A stretch of 64,000 nucleotides of DNA from an uncultured Spirochaetota bacterium (lineage in GTDB: Bacteria; Spirochaetota; Spirochaetia; SZUA-6; Fen-1364), in contig CAVTHO010000006.1 of the NCBI GenBank assembly GCA_963734545.1, positions 416,001 through 480,000 of the forward strand. Reading direction: 5' to 3'. Positions within the stretch are counted from its first letter, which is position 1. Every line of letters starts with the position of its first letter. A model generated the notes under the pieces. The model ran no database searches and was not told the DNA's origin. It saw only the letters and a list, made by a program, of their open reading frames with translations. Below are positions 59,096 through 64,000 of this stretch, piece by piece. A program made the position numbers and the translations under genes.

Positions 59096-59838
59096 GCGTG
59101 CCGCGGGCCCTGACCGTAGTACGCGTCTTTTCCATGTTTTCGCAGGAAGTGCTTGTCCAGAAGGCTCCGCCTCATGCCCTTGACCCGGGGGTTGATCTGC
59201 ACGGCGAGCGCCGTCATTTCCGCAACGTAATCGAGGATGAAGGCGTGGTAGACGGCCTCCGCCGCGTCCTTGCCCCAGGTGAATGGCCCGTGTGACGCGA
59301 CGAGAACGGCAGGAACCGCGCGATAGTCGATGTTGCGGAAGGCGTCCACGATCTGTACGGCCGTCTGCTCCTCATAGTCAAGGGCGATCTGCGCGTCCGA
59401 GATAACCGCCGTGCAGGGGACCGGGCCGTGGAAGTAGTCCGCGTGCGTCGTGCCCAGGCAGGGCAGGGGCCGGCATGCCTGCGCCCACGCCGTGGCGTTC
59501 CGCGAATGCGTATGCACGACGCCCCCGATCTCGGGGAACTCCCGGTAGAGCCTCACGTGCGTCCGGGTATCCGAAGAGGGGTTCAGGTCGCCCTCCACCT
59601 TGTTTCCATCCTGATCCATGATCACCATGTTCTTCGGGGAAAGCTCCGCATAGTCCACGCCGCTGGGCTTGATCGCGATCAACCCCAGCGTGCGATCGAT
59701 GCCGGAGACGTTTCCGAACGTAGCAACCACGAGGCCGTGTTCCACCAGGCGCATGTTGGCCTGGTACACCTCTTCCCGCAGCCGCTGAAGGCTGCGCTTC
59801 CCCGCCGCGGTACTCCGCGGTTTCCTGGCGGCGCTCAT
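59092..59838 (-). CDS. araD: L-ribulose-5-phosphate 4-epimerase
   Basis: TFGNVSG, IKPSGV, PSSDTRTH, VHTHS, GTTHADYF, HGPFTWG, HFLRKHG..AYYGQ. Confidence 0.93.
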   Translation of the reverse strand: MSAARKPRSTAAGKRSLQRLREEVYQANMRLVEHGLVVATFGNVSGIDRTLGLIAIKPSGVDYAELSPKNMVIMDQDGNKVEGDLNPSSDTRTHVRLYREFPEIGGVVHTHSRNATAWAQACRPLPCLGTTHADYFHGPVPCTAVISDAQIALDYEEQTAVQIVDAFRNIDYRAVPAVLVASHGPFTWGKDAAEAVYHAFILDYVAEMTALAVQINPRVKGMRRSLLDKHFLRKHGKDAYYGQGPRHA

Positions 59839-61541
59839 AGCGCGCGCAGGAGCCCCGTCAGGCTCCCGCCCAGTGACGTGTAGGTGCCGTACAACTTCTC
59901 GTATACGGCGGCGCGTTTCCTGTCCGGCTTGAAGATCTTGTCGAATCCGCTCCCCATCTTCTTCTGCGCCGCTGCGACCGTCGGGTGCACTCCGGCCGCA
60001 ACGGCGGCGAGCATTCCTGCGCCGAGCGCGCAGGCCTGGTCGGATGTGACAACGCGGATCGGCATGCCCAGGATGTCGGCCGTTACCTGCATGACAAAGG
60101 GGCTCTTGCGGGCAATCCCGCCCTGCGCAATGACCGCGTTGATCGGCACCCCTTCCTTCCTGAATTGTTCGACTATTGCCCGGGAGCCGAAAGCGGTGGC
60201 CTCCACCAGGGCCCGGAAGATCTTCGGCGCGGTCGTGCCCAGGGTCAGGCCCACGATGGCGCCTTTCAATGTCTGGTCGGCAAACGGCGTGCGCCGGCCG
60301 TTCAGCCAGTCAAGCGCTGCAACCGTCGATTCACCCGGGTCGACCTTGGCCGCCTCGTCGGCAAGCCTGTCCAGGATGCTCTCTTCGATCTCCTTTCGGG
60401 CCTGCGCGAGCGCGGCAGCCCTGGCCGGGCCGCGCCCGCCCGCCGCGTCGTGCAGCGGCCAGGAGAGAATGTCCTTGAACCATGCGTAGACATCACCGAA
60501 CGCGGACTGGCCCGCTTCCAGACCGACCATCCCGGGAATGACGGAGCCGTCTACCTGGCCGCAGATCCCCGCGATGCACTTGCTGCCGACCGCTCTCCGC
60601 GGCGCCACCAGGACGTCGCAGGTGGAGGTGCCCATGATCTTCACCAGGGTCCTGTCCGTGATTCCGCCGCCCACGGCGCCCATGTGGGCGTCGAAAGCAC
60701 CTACGGCCACGGTGGTCCCGGGTTCCAGGCCCAGCCGCCTGGCCCATTCATCGGTGAGCCCTCCGGCGCTGAGATCCGACGTATGCGTCTCTTTGAACAG
60801 ACGCTGGCGCAGACCCCTCAGGAGAGGGTCGATCTTGAGGAGAAACGCCTCGGGCGGAAGGCCCTCCCAGTCGGGATGCCACATCGCCTTGTGCCCGGCT
60901 GCGCACCTGCTCCTCTTCATGGTGAGAGGATCCACCGCGCCGGTAAGGAGCGCCGGCATCCAGTCGCAATGCTCCACCCAGGAGTATGCCGCGGCCCGGA
61001 CCTTGCCGTCCTCCCTGATGACGTGCAGGATCTTCGACCAGAACCACTCGGAGGAATAGACGCCCCCCTCGTATTTCGTGAAGTCCGTCCCTCCCCACCC
61101 GCGGGCCGTCTTGTTGATGAGCTCCGCTTCCCTGACGCCCGTGTGGTCCTTCCAGAGCACGAACATTGCGTTCGGGTTCTCCTCGAAGCCCTTGACGAGC
61201 GCCAGCGGAGTCCCGGCCCGGTCGACCGCGCACGGGGTGGAGCCGGTCGTGTCGATGCCGATTGCCGCAACGCTCTTGCCCGCCTTCTTGCCGATTTTCC
61301 GAAGCGCGCCCTTCACGGACGCCTCCATCCCCTCGATATAATCCAGGGGATGCTGGCGGAACATGTTCTTCGCGGGGTCGCAGTACTTGCCCGCAGCCCA
61401 GCGGCGGTACCACGCAACCTCGTTCGCCAGCTCCTTCCCCGTCTGGGCGTCGATCACCACCGAGCGAACGGAGTCGGTGCCGAAATCCATCCCGATGATC
61501 AGCCGGTCGCTCCTGGCGACATTCTGCGTGTCCCTGGCCAT
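59835..61541 (-). CDS. araB: Ribulokinase
   Basis: DFGTDSVR, FRQHPLDY, DTTGSTP, LWKDHT, YSSEWFW, DWLNGRRTP. Confidence 0.93.
   Translation of the reverse strand: MARDTQNVARSDRLIIGMDFGTDSVRSVVIDAQTGKELANEVAWYRRWAAGKYCDPAKNMFRQHPLDYIEGMEASVKGALRKIGKKAGKSVAAIGIDTTGSTPCAVDRAGTPLALVKGFEENPNAMFVLWKDHTGVREAELINKTARGWGGTDFTKYEGGVYSSEWFWSKILHVIREDGKVRAAAYSWVEHCDWMPALLTGAVDPLTMKRSRCAAGHKAMWHPDWEGLPPEAFLLKIDPLLRGLRQRLFKETHTSDLSAGGLTDEWARRLGLEPGTTVAVGAFDAHMGAVGGGITDRTLVKIMGTSTCDVLVAPRRAVGSKCIAGICGQVDGSVIPGMVGLEAGQSAFGDVYAWFKDILSWPLHDAAGGRGPARAAALAQARKEIEESILDRLADEAAKVDPGESTVAALDWLNGRRTPFADQTLKGAIVGLTLGTTAPKIFRALVEATAFGSRAIVEQFRKEGVPINAVIAQGGIARKSPFVMQVTADILGMPIRVVTSDQACALGAGMLAAVAAGVHPTVAAAQKKMGSGFDKIFKPDRKRAAVYEKLYGTYTSLGGSLTGLLRAL
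61503..61523. repeat. Single copy of the mocA repeat element inside the araB 5' end
   Basis: CCGGTCGCTCCTGGCGACATT is identical to 52147-52167. Confidence 0.9.
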
Positions 61542-61550
61542 TTCTACCTC

Positions 61551-63071
61551 CTATGCCCGCGGGCCCGCGGCGCTGGCCCGCTCCCTGTTTCGCACTCCCC
61601 GGTCGTGGTCCCGTACCGCGCGTTCACGATCTCCGACGGCGCGCTCACGGTCGTTTATCGCAAGCTCGCGGTCGTGATTGTAGACGTCCCAGCCGAGGTA
61701 CCGGGTGAATGCCTCTTCCACCACCGCGGCCACGCGCGCGGGGTTGATTGCCACATGATGCTCAAAACCGTTGGCGCAGATGTGACGCAGCAGCCCCTGC
61801 AGTTGCGGGATCCGCGCCACGCCATACCCGCCGAATGTCGTGAGGGGGTCCTTGGTGATCTCCCCTTCCCCCACATAGGAGCGTATCCTGCCCGCCCGGT
61901 CGTCGGTGGAGACGCGGCAGTACGTGAAGTCCGTGGGCTTCAGCTTGCCGGCAAGCGTGCCGTACGTGTTCTCCCTGCCGATCGTTCCGGCAAGTATCTC
62001 GTTGTAGTCCATGACGGCTTTCCGCCCGAAGAGATCCTGCGGGAAGTTGCTGCAGTGGAACAACACGCACCTGTCCGGGTCATCCGCATAGTTGTTGTTC
62101 CAGTCCACCAGCCCGCTGGGCTTGCCTGACGCCTGGACCATGGCGTACATGCCGATCAATCCGGTCACGTCGGTCTCACAGGCGCTCGGGCACAGCGCAT
62201 TGCTCAGCATGCTCATGGCGGTGCAGGGCATCACGCCGAAGTTTTCTTCCATGGAGGACCAGCACTGGATTGCCGTGCCGTCCAGATCATGCTCTTTCAC
62301 GTACTGGTCGAGCACCACGCCGAACTTTGCCATGCGCGTGAGCGCCTCCCGGGGGATCTTCGTCGTTTTGATGTAGTCATCTATCTCGTCCAGCTTCGAG
62401 AGCACCGTGGAGTCCTTGTCCTTGAGGTTCCACGCCCTTCCAAACAGCTCGGACAGGTCCAGGCTTTCCACGGAGATGCCGGTGAGCTCCAGGAGCTTCT
62501 CGCTGTAGCGAACCGTGAGGAACGCGGCCGGTCGAGCGCCGATCTGGCCGAACCGGGCTTTCTTCAGGGATCTCACCACCCGGCAGACCCCGCCGAAGTC
62601 GTGCAGCTCCTCCCGGAACGCGGCGGACTCGGGGTCCATCGTGTGCTGGGAGGTGAGAGAGTAGCGGATGCCGTACTGGGAAAGGTTGTTGCAGGCCGAC
62701 ATCTTTCCGCAGAAGCTGTCCCGCCGATGCTCGATGCTCATCCTCCCCGGCTCGTCGGGGAACGCGTGCACGAGCACCGGCACCTGCAGTCCCGCGAGCC
62801 GCAGCGTGTCGGCGATTCCCCGCTCGTCACCGAAGTTCGGCAGGGTGACGAGGATCCCGTCGATCTTCTCCCGATTTGCCTTGAAGAGCGCGGCGCACTT
62901 TTTCGAGTCCGCGAGGCTCTCCACGGAGCCGTACTTTGTGTCCTTCGGAGAAAGGGCGACGGCCTCGAAACCCTCTTCCTTGAGCACGGCCAGTATCGTC
63001 TTGCGCCCCTGCTCGCACAGCTCCGCAGGAAAGAAGCCCCGGTTGCCTATCAGCACACCGAGTGTGGTCAT
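61551..63071 (-). CDS. L-fucose/L-arabinose isomerase family protein (probable non-canonical L-arabinose isomerase)
   Basis: GNRGFFP, LPNFGDE, RRDSFCG, AIQCW, ACETD, FHCSN, GFEHH; first gene before araB-araD; SD AAGGAG; promoter TTGACT-N17-TATCGT. Confidence 0.8.
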   Translation of the reverse strand: MTTLGVLIGNRGFFPAELCEQGRKTILAVLKEEGFEAVALSPKDTKYGSVESLADSKKCAALFKANREKIDGILVTLPNFGDERGIADTLRLAGLQVPVLVHAFPDEPGRMSIEHRRDSFCGKMSACNNLSQYGIRYSLTSQHTMDPESAAFREELHDFGGVCRVVRSLKKARFGQIGARPAAFLTVRYSEKLLELTGISVESLDLSELFGRAWNLKDKDSTVLSKLDEIDDYIKTTKIPREALTRMAKFGVVLDQYVKEHDLDGTAIQCWSSMEENFGVMPCTAMSMLSNALCPSACETDVTGLIGMYAMVQASGKPSGLVDWNNNYADDPDRCVLFHCSNFPQDLFGRKAVMDYNEILAGTIGRENTYGTLAGKLKPTDFTYCRVSTDDRAGRIRSYVGEGEITKDPLTTFGGYGVARIPQLQGLLRHICANGFEHHVAINPARVAAVVEEAFTRYLGWDVYNHDRELAINDRERAVGDRERAVRDHDRGVRNRERASAAGPRA

Positions 63072-63194
63072 TGGATTCTCCTTTTGCATGCGGGAAATTG
63101 CGAAGCCCCACGATAAGGCCCGGCAACGTAAAAGTCAAGCTTGGCGCGGTTTTGCGCGCCGTATGCGCACGAATCCGCGGAGTACCGCGGCGCG

Positions 63195-64000
63195 CTATTT
63201 GATCATGCCCGGCAGGAGATAGGCCTGCACGAGCGCGATCAGACCGATCAACAGCGCCATGGCCAGGCTGTGCAGGACCGTGGAACGGAAGAGCGCGCCT
63301 TCCTGCCCCTCGAGGTGCCCGGAAGCGGTGGCCACGGCGATGCTCTGCGGAGAGATCATCTTTCCCGCCACGCCTCCCGATGCGTTTGCGGCGACCATCA
63401 GGGCGGGATCGAGGCCGAGGCGCTCCGCTGTCGTTCGCTGCAGCGATCCGAAGAGCGCGTTGGAAGACGTGTCAGAGCCTGTGACCAGGACGCCAAGCCA
63501 TCCCAGAAGGGGAGAGAACAAGGGAAAGAGGACCCCGGTGGCGGCAAGCGCGCGGCCCAGCGTCGAGCTCATCCCGGAGGAGTTCATGATGAAGGCGGTG
63601 GCGAGTATGAGGCACACGGTAAGGATCGTCCCCCCGAGGTCCCTTATGGTCCGTCCCAGGCATGTAATTACCTTGCGCGCGCCGAGGTTCGGGAGAAAGA
63701 ACGCCGAGATCACGGCGGCCAGAAAGATCGCCGTGCCGGGGGTCGAGAGCAGGGGAAGCGTGAAAGAAGATCCGGGAAGCCCCGGCCAGGGCATCTTGAG
63801 GTCCCCCCGCTGAAGCACGGGCTTCAACGGCCCGAGACTCCACAGAAGGACCATGACCGACATGAGCAGGTACGGACCCCAGGCGCGAAGCGCGGCAGCC
63901 GCGGAGGTCTTCACGGGAGGTCTGCGCGTGGTCCCGTCGGAAAGCCCTCCTGCGGCAGGGGCACCCGGGAAATCCCAGGCCGTACGCGGCTTCCAGAACC
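63195..64000 (-). CDS. lctP: L-lactate permease, 5' partial
   Basis: LGWLGVLVTGSDTSSNALFG, AANASGGVAGKMISPQSIAVA. Confidence 0.88.
   Translation of the reverse strand, partial: FWKPRTAWDFPGAPAAGGLSDGTTRRPPVKTSAAAALRAWGPYLLMSVMVLLWSLGPLKPVLQRGDLKMPWPGLPGSSFTLPLLSTPGTAIFLAAVISAFFLPNLGARKVITCLGRTIRDLGGTILTVCLILATAFIMNSSGMSSTLGRALAATGVLFPLFSPLLGWLGVLVTGSDTSSNALFGSLQRTTAERLGLDPALMVAANASGGVAGKMISPQSIAVATASGHLEGQEGALFRSTVLHSLAMALLIGLIALVQAYLLPGMIK

Noticed and set aside
59985-62129. Long antisense ORFs (714 aa here; also 41466-43289, 57311-59113, 50137-51753)
   Set aside because: Expected in high-GC DNA opposite real genes; no recognisable motifs.
1-64000. rRNA, tRNA, IS elements, prophage, selenocysteine recoding
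   Set aside because: None recognisable; intergenic spaces are short and I saw no in-frame TGA at catalytic positions.

Overview
GC-rich bacterial chromosomal window with about 56 densely packed CDS and no rRNA, tRNA, CRISPR array, integrase or transposase that I could recognise. An anaerobic Spirochaetia-like host is a tentative inference from protein style. Main blocks: (1) TPR protein + CHASE2 adenylate cyclase; (2) E2-like acyltransferase + acyl-CoA ligase + GNAT; (3) a tightly coupled five-gene run ygfM-xdhD-ygeW + an archaeal-type GAPOR-like oxidoreductase + PPi-dependent PFK; (4) a ROK-controlled cellobiose/beta-glucoside locus (GH3, ABC transporter, GH94); (5) a glycolipid-type operon; (6) class-III aminotransferase + SCP2 + APC permease; (7) creD, FTR1-ygbA, MocR/DUF2917, SNF2-SWIM; (8) PAS protein, TspO-like protein, mhqD/mhqO-like pair; (9) mocA + FecCD-type ABC + DtxR, divergent from adenosine deaminase; (10) secreted VIT-vWA + vWA pair; (11) L-arabinose-type operon and a partial lactate permease. 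About 11 single-base frameshifts, mostly +1 in short G/C runs, look like consensus errors. The most notable signals are the purine-catabolism/GAPOR/PPi-PFK operon, a 21-nt palindromic element found inside two unrelated coding 5' ends, widespread leaderless-type promoter geometry, and mocA heading a FecCD-type transporter. All family assignments are from motif recognition; no database searches were run.
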